Shown: piece by piece, positions 53,531 through 64,000 of the stretch
Position numbering within the stretch: the stretch's first letter is position 1
How the letters are laid out: each line of letters begins with the position of its first letter
Assembly: GCA_030704615.1 (NCBI GenBank)
Contig: CM060731.1
Coordinates: 79,360,001-79,424,000 of the forward strand
Source of the DNA: Takakia lepidozioides
Lineage: Eukaryota > Plantae > Bryophyta
DNA length: 64,000 nt
Direction of reading: 5' to 3'
Notes under the pieces: generated by a model
What the model saw: only the letters and a program-made list of their open reading frames with translations
What the model was told of the DNA's origin: nothing
Databases searched by the model: none
Program-made: the position numbers and the translations under genes

Positions 53531-54689
53531 TGTTTTTTTCAAATCTTTTGCACTTTGATTTTTTTTCTAAAAATTCATTCTAGTGGTTAGAGTCTCCGAC
53601 ATTTTTTCAAAATATAAATATTGATATATTATATATATAACCAGAAAAGCATGTGTCGACACGTGCAGTCATGTAGTGATTCATCCATGTGATGATCTGG
53701 CAGAATGCATTAGAGTGAGAGTCATAAAGTTATATGTCCATCTAGCAATTTGTACACGTCATTCCAGTGTAGGTATGACCGTGACTGGTAGTCATATCTG
53801 CCATGCCAATATTCGTGGTCAAACATGTTTGACCTGTGTTGCGCAGAGTCCGGAGTCGTGCAATCGCATATACGCCTTCCCCGGACCTGCGTTATGACTT
53901 CAAAAGACATCTACGACTTCAAATGGCATTTCTGCCACAAATCTGTCATGACTACGCAGCCATGGGAGTCATAAAAGCCGCAATCTGTTGTAGTGATTTA
54001 TGACAATGACTCTGATGAGCAAGAAGACTTGCAGCTTGATGAGGATGAAGAAGCTCCGGATGATGATGTTCAAGTCGATTAGACACGTAATCAAAGTTAC
54101 ATAATAATTCTCGCACATAACTGTACCCATCCCTTCGATTGATTGTACATGTAAATGCATGTAGCTTATTTCTATGATTGATTAATGAAAAATCCATGAA
54201 AAAAAATCCTTTGTAGGTGTGGCGATCTAGGAATGATTTTAGTGAAGTTGTGACTCGAAAAGTGACTCTAGGATTGTTGAGTTTTTGTACGAGGGCAAGA
54301 ATGTTGGAAGACATGATTCTTGTTCTACAAGTGCTGACCAAGACTTACCCCTGGAAACCCTTCAATCGATTTGATTACCATGATCTCAATGCAACAGAAA
54401 GAATCTTCGAAATTGGTGTGAAAGATAACAATGTTGCCAAAGCCATTGCCAAAGCAATCTACCCTCAACCCTCTAATCCCATGGCCCTTCCCTTTTCCTT
54501 TCCTAGTGTCCCCACCCCCTCTTCTTGCCCTTTGTCTTTAACAATAAGGCCGCCCGAGTTGATCACGATCTCCCACATGCAAGATAGACCTATTATATTG
54601 TAGCACAGAAGGAGGACTAAAAAGATTTGCAACAATGGATCCATTCAGCTTGGCCTCTGCCATGACCTTTGCAAAGACATAGAAAAGGC

Positions 54690-55619
54690 AATTTTGCGAT
54701 TCCCCGCCGTCGCAGATTTGTTGGGGCATCGCAATACCGTCGCAAGGCGACCCATAGAGGTCGCAACCCCCTGCATTTACAATATCTATGATTGCGGATT
54801 TTTCCTACGCAATGATTTTTGTTTTAGCTCTATTTTGTTCTGTGAATGCAAACCCCAAACCACTACATCCATGGAAAAAATTGGACAAACAAAAATAAAA
54901 TAAAAACAAAGAGTTCCTTCACTCACTATTGCGGAACTCTCTATGCATGGAGAGTGCATGAAGTTGAAAAGAACTCAACTTCGGAATGCAAATGAGGAAA
55001 GAAAATATGGTTTTCAGTCCAAATGATTTTTGTTCACTCCCAAAATTTGCACACGCATTGCAAACGCTGTCATTAAGCATATGGTCCAATAGTTTGCACG
55101 GATGTAGTGGTGCAAGGGTTGAATAAACAGAACAAAACACAGCCAAAAAAAAATTATTATGTAACAGCAATCCCCAATCCTAGGCCCCCAGGCAAGAGAG
55201 CAGTTGCCATGCCCCAGCAGGCCTGCGATTGCGGGGAATCGCAACGTCACCATTGTGGCATTGCAGCGACGTTGGGACGTCGCAAACCCCAGCGCGAGCT
55301 GGCTCGGCCCTCCCCACGCGCCTAAGTGTGAGGGGGTGTTGTTGCGATTCTCGGGCATCGCAGCCTTGTGGGAGCGTCGCAGAGGGCACGTGCGACGCCC
55401 AGGCATCGCAACCCCCAGCTTGCTGGCGGGTCATGCCCCAACTGCAGCGACGTACCTGAATCGCAAGCTGGCGAAGCGTCACCGGAGCGGCGATGCGGCG
55501 ACGCGCAAACGTCGCTATTTCCGGGCCGGGCGCCTATGAGGCGCTGTAGTCGCAGGAGGGTCGTCATGTCTGGCGCGCTCGAGGTCCCGACGTCGCTAAC
55601 CCCCCTAAACGTAGTAGTG
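54690..55619. mobile_element. CACTA (En/Spm) element terminus with subterminal repeats
   Basis: Reverse complement reads CACTACTACGTTTAGGGGGGTTAGCGACG; dense gcgac/gtcgc/tgcgat repeats over 54690-55600; partner terminus not found. Confidence 0.72.
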
Positions 55620-57700
55620 TTGGCCATGTTCTTCATGAGGGATTGCCAACCATGCTCCTTGGCGTAGTTGTACTCTACCGGAGATGGCTTCCTCTCAAAC
55701 GCGCATTGCTACACATGCCACAAATTAAAGTCAATTCTTTGCGATGACGGAGTCAGAAAGAAGACATAACAAAATCCATAGGAAAGTACGACTTACAAAT
55801 CGCAAGATAAAACCTTTGGATCTGCCGGTGCCCCACTTGTGTGTGGATTCGTGCTTGTCAAGGCGGATTGTTGTTGCTTCGCGTGCCCAGTCAAATTTGG
55901 CCTTGTTTGCGGCATCAGTCTCTCCCGCAATGAGTGCATCCCACGATACCTATGCCCCCCCCCCCCCCAACAATTAGTGAATTTACACACATACGTTGCA
56001 TCGAATCCACCTCATTAATGCACATGCGACAAATGGAAGGTGACATGATTCAGGATTTGCCAACCTGTGTAATTTCATAAGGTGGTTTGGGTATGGCCCC
56101 CTTTTCCATTGCCCTCCGAATGATCTGTCTGGCACGGTACCTCCTGTCCTTCAAGTTTCGCCCCACCATCTCCATCACCCTTATGTCACTCCAATTGCCC
56201 GGAAACCGGCGGTCTAACTCACGGGCATACGCCCGCTTTGCGCCAAAGTGCTGATCAGCCCACTCGATGTGCAAAGGGAACCACCTCAATGCGAGTTCGA
56301 AGGCTGGCTTCTTCATAGCCTCCCAGAACGCACCGCAGGGGTCACCATGGCGATTCACCTCCACCGGTGGCACCACAATCTTTGCCAACTCCACATCATG
56401 TATCGCCAAGGGCATATTCTTCTTCCCACCCTCTCCCTTCTTTGTAGCCTCCTTCCCCTGCTCCTTTGTTACCCCACTGCCCTCCCCCGCATGCACACTC
56501 ACCCCTTCCTCTCCATGGGACTTCTTCTTCTTCTTCTTCTTCTTTTCCTTCCACTTCTCCACAACCATCTCCTTCCCCTTCCCTGCTACTTCCTCTCTCT
56601 CCTTCTCCCTCTCCCTTCTCTGTCTCTCCTCGGCAGCCCCTTCATTGATGGTAAAAGGGATCTCGGGAGGTCGAGGCCTCTTCTTCTTACCTTTGGTGTT
56701 CGGGTCCTTCATGAACACCACATGCTCTCCCTCATTGGCAACCCCACTGGACTGCACCAATAAGGCCAACCATGTTGTTGCCTCCTGAAGACAAATAACC
56801 CCTCCAAATTCAAAAAAAGAAACAAACAACAAAGAAAATCATGCATGCAAAGGAAAGGATAAAACATGGAACAAGGTGCGACAGTTGTACCTTTGCAAGC
56901 TTGTCCGACTCGCCCCTGGTGTCACCTGAAGTGGCAGGAGTCCCCATTGCTGGATGTGCCCGCTCTATCCCCTCCCGGAGCGCCACTGGAAGTAAATTCC
57001 AGATGTGGAGCATAGCCGGCGGCGGCGCCCCATAGTCCAGGCCCTTCTTTGCTGACCGCTTAGGCTCAGGGGGCGGCATTGCTGATCGACTAGGCTGCTC
57101 CGAACCGGCCCATACCTCCTCCTTGGCCACTTCATTGGCCCTCCTCGTCTCCTCCTCCCTCATCGACAACAATGGGCTGGAAATGGAGGCTTTCAAAGGC
57201 CCTTGAACCTGACGTTGGGCCTTGGCAAGTGCAGCCTTTGCTCCGGAGGAAGGGGTCGCTATGGGGGTGACATCCAAAAGTTGCCCATACCGGGCCCTTC
57301 CAGGTTTAGGCTGCCTCCCCTATACAATAACATGATCCGAACTGTACCATGTGAATGGAAGAAAAGAGGGGTTGATTGCGATGTTGAACTCACAGTACGT
57401 CCTCCATGGCCTTATGCAAGCTGCAAACATACAGCATGGACAACAGGATTAATTTGCTGCAGTGAATGGATGTCCTTCAGAAAATTGCGTCTCCACACAG
57501 CAAAGGGAAAACCAGGTGATGTGAATGAGTAAGGCAATACCTGGTACATGGTGGTTTTGGATCTCCTCCCCGAGTCTTCCGAACCTTGATGCTTTGCGCA
57601 TCCTCCAATGCCAACTGAGCCTCTTTGGATGTTGCTGGTGGAGGTGAGGCGGATGCAAGTAATGCAAGATTTTTGAGGGCGTATGGTTCCATCCTCAAAC
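55620..57700 (-). mobile_element. Spliced transposon accessory ORF (TnpA-like, CACTA-associated?)
   Basis: Lys/Glu-rich low-complexity region followed by VEVNRHGDPCG...FPLHIEW...ELDRRFPGNWS...NLKDRRYR; apparent GT-AG introns; family assignment uncertain. Confidence 0.4.
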
Positions 57701-58016
57701 TTTGAAGGGTGTGTACGTACTGCTGGACACTTCCAAGAACATCCCCGTCAAAATGCCTCGTTGCAAAAGTGCTGGATGGATCATTCTAGAAACACATTCC
57801 CACAGGGTTGGCAAGGGAGGAAGGGAGTTCGCCTGTTTTATATCCAAACTAAAGGGGGGGGGGGGGATGCCAACTTGATCCCACCTCTGTGAGCGCTGCT
57901 TCCATGGGCGAAATGCAATCTTCAACGACCATAATGGAGTTCAAAGAGGTACGTGTCAGGGGCTCAGTAGGTGCAATTTATCTTCTATTAAAACCAAGTA
58001 GCACACATTTGAGCCC

Positions 58017-58499
58017 TTATGCATCTGACCATGTGATGTCCATCCATCCGTAGCGATTGTCGTCGGAACCCACTCCGAGAGCCTTCCACACTGCGGGGGA
58101 TGCATCGACGTCATTGTTGATGCAAGGTGGTTGATAATCGTGATCTGTGTCGCAACCATGCATGGAATCGCATTCGTCGACCACCATGGCTCGCACGCTC
58201 TTCCCATTTCCGTGTATGGTGATATGATTGCCGCAACGGCTACCTCCATTGTACCAACCCGTTGAAAGAGCAACCACGAGTGTGGAATCCGAATGATAAT
58301 GATTATCACACTCCGATGCGGCGCCTCCTGAACCCCCTTTTTGAAAACTGTTGAGGGTTAGAATGGCAGAATTTGTACTTGGTGAACACGTGTAGGTAGC
58401 ATATTGTTTACCTGTCTTGCAACATTCGGAACTCTGCGTTGTGTTGCAACCGTTCGGTAGGTTATTGGGACCTATGAGATAGCCGGCCAACCTACAAGA
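58017..58499 (-). CDS. Kiwellin / ripening-related protein mature domain, fused in frame to retrotransposon pol
   Basis: CC...Y.TYTCSP...[25 protein letters not shown]...[15 protein letters not shown]...[35 protein letters not shown]...[10 protein letters not shown]; no signal peptide. Confidence 0.93.
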   Translation of the reverse strand, partial: SCRLAGYLIGPNNLPNGCNTTQSSECCKTGKQYATYTCSPSTNSAILTLNSFQKGGSGGAASECDNHYHSDSTLVVALSTGWYNGGSRCGNHITIHGNGKSVRAMVVDECDSMHGCDTDHDYQPPCINNDVDASPAVWKALGVGSDDNRYGWMDITWSDA

Positions 58500-60566
58500 A
58501 AACCGATCGAAAAGGTCGTCGATCCTTGGCAAAGGGTACTGGTTTTTGATAGTCACCTTATTCAAAGCCCTGTAATCGACACACATCCGCAGCGTCCCAT
58601 CCTTCTTGTCTGCGAATAGCACCGGGGCTCCATAAGGTGACTTACTCGGCCGGATGTACCCCTTTGACATTAGATCTTTGAGCTGAGTCTTCAGCTCGAC
58701 CAACTCTCTGTGGCTCAACCGGTAGGGCGCCTTGGCAGGCGGTTCCGATCCCGGTATCACCTCAATCTTGTGGTCAACTCCTCTTCGCGGTGGCAAGCCA
58801 CTTGGTAAATCCTCCGGCATCACATCCTGGTATTTCTCCAAAATCCCCTTGATCCAATCTCGGCTCGGCTCCCCATCGCCTTCTCCCTTCACTTCTCTAA
58901 TGTACAGCAAAAACTGGGGCTCGTGTGCCTCCTCCACGGCCCACTCCCTTGCTAACAGAAGGTTTATTCGCCCTCCCACGGGTTTGGGCGTTTCCGACAC
59001 TCGTAAGACCTCGCCACTATTCCCACATGGCAGTGTGACTATTCTCTTGCAGCCATCTATGACCGCTCCGGATTTGCTCAAAAATGTCATCCCCAAAATG
59101 AGATCCACTCCATCGATCTCGCAGATGGTGAAGTTCTCACGTCCCTTCCAACTCCCCAGTTGAAGAGGAACATCAAACGCCAACCTTGACGCCAATTGCG
59201 GTTCTCCTTTGGCAGAACGCACCTCAATAGAGGCCCCCACGTCACTTGTTGGGAGTCCCAGCTTTTGTGCCGTTGCCGGTGTCATGAAGGAGTGCGACGC
59301 TCCTGTGTCTACCAACAACGACACGTTAGTTCCGGATATTATCCCATCCACGAACAATAACTGACTCCCTTTACGTAAGGCGCCAGTTTCCTGATACAAC
59401 TCACAAGAAAATTTGCCTATCTTGCAAGTCCTAGCGACCACCGCTTCCACCAAGCGACTGATGGTATCTTCCGACAGCTCTGTGTTCAATTGCCGGGGCT
59501 TCGTGCACTTCTTGGCCATGTGCCCGGGCTCCCCGCAATTGAAACACACTCCATCAAAGGTTGCCTTCTGTCCGCCATAGGCCGCTCCACCCGCTTTTCA
59601 TTTCGAAGCACCGGGTGCCGCCTTGACTTGTGAAGGCCCTCCCTTCGATTTCCACGTGACATTGTCGCCGCGTGGCCTATCCCACTTCTTTTCCGGTCGG
59701 AAGGAGTCACCTTCCCGCCGGGTCTTCTTGTGGTTCAGCTCCGTACGGCCTTGTCTTTCACCCTTAGGGACATCCGAGAAACATTCAGCCCTCTCAATTT
59801 CCTCGTTCAAAGTCTTAGGTGGCTTCTCCTCCAACTTCCGCCTGGCCCATGGGGCCAGTCCCGCCACAAAGTTGAAGACCATTTCTGGTTCTGCCATGTC
59901 CGCGACTTTGAGTAGCAGCACATTGAAAGCCTGGACATATCCCCGAATGTCATCTGTTTGCTTCAAATTCCTCATCTTGTCCCGGGCGAGCCAGGACGCG
60001 TTGAGGGGCACAAACTGCCTCTTCATCAATTCCATGAACCCACTCCAGTTCAAGGTTTCCGGGCTTGGACCTCGGTCGTGAAGACGTTTCTGCCACCATT
60101 GTTGAGCATAGCCCCTCAAATAGGTGGGAGCCACTTCCACCCGATCCTCGTCACTCAACTTGGCCGCCCGGAAGTACTGCTCTAGCTCCAAGAGCCAGGT
60201 GTTGAGTGCCTTCCGATTTCGGATGCCCTCAAAGGTGTCGGGTTCCTTAGGCTTCATCTTAAACTTTGCCTTAGTGGAAGTGGCATTAGCCGCCTTCAAC
60301 ACGTCTTTCAACGTCCCGCCAAATTGCGCCAACAACCCTTCCCAAAAGGCTGCCGGCATGGGAGACATCTGTTGGTCAGTCAGAACTCTCAGAGATTCCT
60401 CAGGCTCCGACTCCTCAGATTCCTCCCGCTCTTGAGCGGCCTCGTTTTCGGAAACATGCATCGCTTCCTCAAACGGCCGCCTCGGTGACACGTCGCCCCC
60501 ATCGGGTTCACCAAGATCATCATCTTTTGGGCCATTCCGCTTTCCCTTTGGCTTGCCCGACCCCAT
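58500..60566 (-). mobile_element. Chromovirus-like Ty3/gypsy gag-protease-RT (N-terminal part), one frame with a single internal TGA (59598-59600)
   Basis: Gag (PDTFEG...WLLELEQYF...YLRGYAQQWW), [14 protein letters not shown] knuckle, [10 protein letters not shown] protease, SPYGAPVLF...[11 protein letters not shown]...[11 protein letters not shown]. Confidence 0.93.
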
Positions 60567-60608
60567 GATGAGGCCAATCCCAAGGACGATCGCGTACTGA
60601 ACTCTAAA

Positions 60609-61320
60609 CTCTGATACCAAGTGTCGCGCACCTCACTTTGGTAAGCTCCCCCCTCAAGTCATAGTTACTCACTTGATGCACGCGCCTAACTCCCAACCTG
60701 GCCGCCGGGCCAACTTGGAGCTCCGGCTGCTCACCGGGGCATAACGGTCCCCCTTTGATCTCCCAAAGAACCCTCCAACGATTTGGAACCAGCGGAATTC
60801 CCTTTGGTAGTTGGCAGTCCGGAACAGCTCCCCACTCTTTGGTCATTTTCCGGCTCGCTCGCTTACTCACTAGTTTTTGGTCACCAACGGGCTTGCACCG
60901 TTCTCGGGGTTACTACTCCCTATATATACTTCTGTAGCTGTCCGCGGGGGTTTCACAAACAACCATGCCATTTTATGGCGAACCACCATGAACACCCTCG
61001 ACTCCCGGTGATGAGTCGCGGTGAGTCTTGGCCCACCCACCACGGCCCCTATGGACCGTGATGAGTCCCAAGACTACTCCCCACGACTCCCACCACGAGG
61101 TCTCCGCCCCATGGTGAGTCTTATGCCACCCCCACTAAGTCCCGCTAAGCTACCACCACCCCTTGTGGAGCCACCCCCACCGCAACCCGGTGTGCGGGGC
61201 TCCACCTAGTGAGCGCCTCCGCCTCCTTGAGTGCTTTGGGCACTCAAGGGTGCTTCAGCCCCCCATACCTATCGCTGCCACTGCCCCCACCACAGGGGCA
61301 ACCCCTCTTGTGTCCCGACA
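60609..61320 (-). mobile_element. 5' LTR (60622-61320) and tRNA-iMet primer-binding site (60609-60619)
   Basis: TGTCG...CGACA termini; TGGTATCAGAG lies 2 nt inside; 699-bp LTR. Confidence 0.93.
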
Positions 61321-62400
61321 AGTTTTGGAAGAAATTCATAAAGGAGTGGCAAGGGGCCATTTTGGAGAAGAGACTACCAGTAGGAAGATACTACTTGCCG
61401 GTTACTAGTGGCCTACCTTGTTCAAAGATGTGCACAAGTATTGTAAAACTTGTGATGAGTGTCAGAGGCTAGGACCATTGCAGAGGTCTGGAAAGATGGC
61501 TTTGCATCCTACAATGCCTACTGAACCATTTCAGAAATGGGGACTGGACTTTGTTGGACCAATAAACCCGCCAGCCAAGAATACACAGAACAAGTATATA
61601 ATCACAGCTACTGATTATACTACGAAGAGGGTGGAAGCTAAAGCCCTGAGGGACAACACAGCTAAGTCCACAGCCAGGTTCTTGTATGAGAACATACTTA
61701 CACGGTTTGGCTGTCCCCTGGAATTTATCAGTGATCAGGGAAGTCACTTCATCAATGAGACCATAGAACTCTTGACTAAGGAGTTCGTGATTGTGCATAG
61801 GAAAAGTACAACCTATTACCCACAAGGTAATGGAGGCAGAGGCTACCAACAAAATACTACGTACCATCTTGGCTAAAATAGTCAATGCAAACAGAACAGA
61901 CTGGGATACAAAGCTACTGACAGCTTTGTGGTCATACAGGACTTCATATAAAGTCACCACTAAGTATACACTATTCCAATTAGTTTATGGTATGGAAGCT
62001 TAACTTCCAGTGGAGTTTTTATTACCTACTATGAGAACTGAATGGGGAAGAAGAATGGAATTGGAAGATTCAATTAAGGTCAGGAAACATGAATTATACC
62101 ATATGGAGGAAGTACGAGCTGATGCAGCTGACAACATGACGAGAATACAGATGAAAAGGAAGGATCAGTTTGATGAAGAGAAGTTGAAGACTTTCAAAAC
62201 AGGAGATTTGGTTTTGTGGTTGCAGAAGAAGGGAAAGATTAAGGCTTCTAAGCTTAAATCGCCATGGAAGGGACCTTATGTCATACAAAAGATGTATGAT
62301 AACAACACGACCATGTTACAAACCATTAACAAAGAAATGCTGGGCAGGGTCAATGCCAACAAGTTGAAAGGATACAGTGGTATCCATGACAAGCCATTGA
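61321..62400 (+). mobile_element. Non-chromovirus Ty3/gypsy integrase, interrupted by the LTR above and frameshifted
   Basis: H...GHFG...CKTCDECQ zinc finger, PFQKWGLDFVGP, ISDQGSHF, YYPQGNG and KLKSPWKGPY. Confidence 0.92.
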
Positions 62401-62514
62401 GGCACGATTTGCATATAGAACCACAGGAGCAAATACAGGCTGTTCCAGTAACACCAACGGAGCATAGAATACTTGTCGTTAAACCGGTGAGGAGCGGAAA
62501 ACACAGATGTTTAA

Positions 62515-62665
62515 ATAGCTATCACAGCCCAACACAGGGTCACACAGCCCATCACAGCCCAACACAGGGTCACACAGCCTATCATAGCCCAGCACAGTGT
62601 CACACAGTCGTGCACAGCCTAGCACAGGGTGGCACAGCTTGTCACAGCCTCACACAGCCAATCAG
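62515..62665. repeat. 30-bp tandem repeat x ~5 downstream of the integrase
   Basis: atcacagcccaacacagggtcacacagcc(c/t), giving HSPTQGHTA(H/Y) repeats in frame. Confidence 0.9.
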
Positions 62666-63371
62666 AATTACACAGTCCATAGGATTAGTGACAGGTGGAC
62701 GAAAGAAAACATCAGGGAAATGGCCAGTGGAAGAAAGGGCGGAAGTCAGTTTAAAAGTGGACGCGTGGAAGTCAGGCCGTGACGCACAGCTGAGAAGGAG
62801 CTGCAAGAACAAGTGTCATCAAGAAAAAGGACTGGAGTGGCCATCAAAGTACCTACCTACTACGTCAAAGAGGATGGATGGCGGGCCCATTAATGCATAC
62901 GGAAAAAGGGTAACGGAACATACGGCGAGTACAGAAAAACAAATTTCTTGTCACGTGTGTTATCCTAGTGGACAAGCCAGCAGGGAAAATCCACTAAAGA
63001 AAATTAATTCTAAAATCCAGTCACAGCGGTTACAGCCAATCATGAAGTAGGAGCAACTTCAAGAAAGTAAAAAGGTTCTGAGCGTAAGAGTCGGCGTTGT
63101 TCCAAGTAACGGGCGTCTCGACGGGACAGACAATCAATGTGATAGTTTTGAAGCTATGAGGGAACTAGCAGATTATACGCTCGCGATACTACTCACGCAG
63201 TGGCGAGGAAACAGAAGAACAGAGAGTAACTTTTCTCTTGATCAATGCTTGCAAGCCCCGCAGGTTTACAGGACACTACCCATAGCATTTTGTGGCAATC
63301 ATACGTTTGTGCTTTGTGCTCTGCAAGCAATACTTCAGTTGTTACAGCCACAGCCTTACGGTTTCTCTAAA

Positions 63372-64000
63372 ATGAAGAGAGTAAGAGGGATGGAGGACAT
63401 CAAGGTGAAAAGCACCACAATCCTGCAGAAACAGACGATTGCGACGCCATACGCGGTGAAGTTACTAGAGGAACTGCGATTACAATGATTGCAAAACAAG
63501 GATTGGACATTGCACCATCGGAAGTACATGTTAGAATTCTTGCAGAACTTTGACCCAAAGACAGGAGCCACAATGGTGAAGGGAGTTGAATTAGAACTTA
63601 CTCCCTTATACCTACAGCAATTGTTTTCATTGCCAGCAGGTCAGGTTCATGTGGACGAGCACAGGGCTAGATTGCAGATGAAAGATTTGTTTGAAGAAGG
63701 GAGTTTCTTTAAAACTCAAGGCTATGCTTGTACCAAAGCGGTGTACCCAGGGCTCAAGGAGGTAGGCCAGATATTGAACGTTCTGTTTGCCATGAAACAG
63801 AACCAGCAGTATTTGAGCAGATCCTTCACAGAGGAAATACTCAAAGGCCTGAGAGAAGAAGAGGTAGCATGGGAGAACATCATGTACAACGGACTGGTAG
63901 AGGAGATGGAAAGATTGTAGGGAACTGCCGCTAAATCTCCTATCATAGTATCTGGGCCAGTCATTGCACAAATCATCCTAGACTCATGCGTACTTGATGC
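63372..64000 (+). mobile_element. Additional sense ORF after pol (Athila/Tat-like accessory ORF), with in-frame stops
   Basis: YMLEFLQNFD...VKGVELELT..YLQQLFSLP pattern; same frame continues across the stops at 63486 and 63918. Confidence 0.55.

Noticed and set aside
58489-58502. Splice acceptor (ttttcttgtag) explaining the RT-kiwellin junction
   Set aside because: The frame is continuous without splicing and the Cys encoded there fits the kiwellin N-terminus; it cannot be fully excluded without RNA data.
18617-61320. One 43-kb LTR element bounded by the two homologous LTRs
   Set aside because: No matching TSD (tattg vs agttt), substantial LTR divergence, and an ordinary host gene (FEX) lies between them.

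Overview
Eukaryotic nuclear DNA from a land plant, probably a non-seed lineage such as a moss or fern. This is inferred from spliceosomal introns, PLS-class PPR-DYW sequences and the transposon families present. Two apparently intact host genes are visible: a spliced organellar tRNA(Ile)-lysidine synthase (TilS/RSY3-like, minus strand, start ~4506) and a fluoride exporter (FEX/CrcB, plus strand, 30383-35782). Two decayed paralogous loci (23077-29400 and 50485-53080, both minus) mix PLS-type PPR repeats with OSB-type 'PDF' ssDNA-binding motifs. The first also has a SEC-C zinc-motif exon and a C-terminal DYW deaminase. The rest is nested mobile DNA: a pogo-like TIR element, an RNase H/RLE LINE, L1, SINEs, a hAT remnant, Copia, several Ty3/gypsy pieces, a CACTA end and a Cys-rich transposase. 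Several of these carry or sit next to host-gene fragments (OSB motif, SEN1-like helicase exon), and a TilS segment is duplicated into a FEX intron. The two most striking observations are (i) a chromovirus-like gag-protease-RT frame fused in frame to a complete mature kiwellin domain and (ii) the PPR/OSB-PDF/SEC-C/DYW chimeric gene family. All calls are from reading motifs by eye; no database search was run, and many boundaries are approximate.
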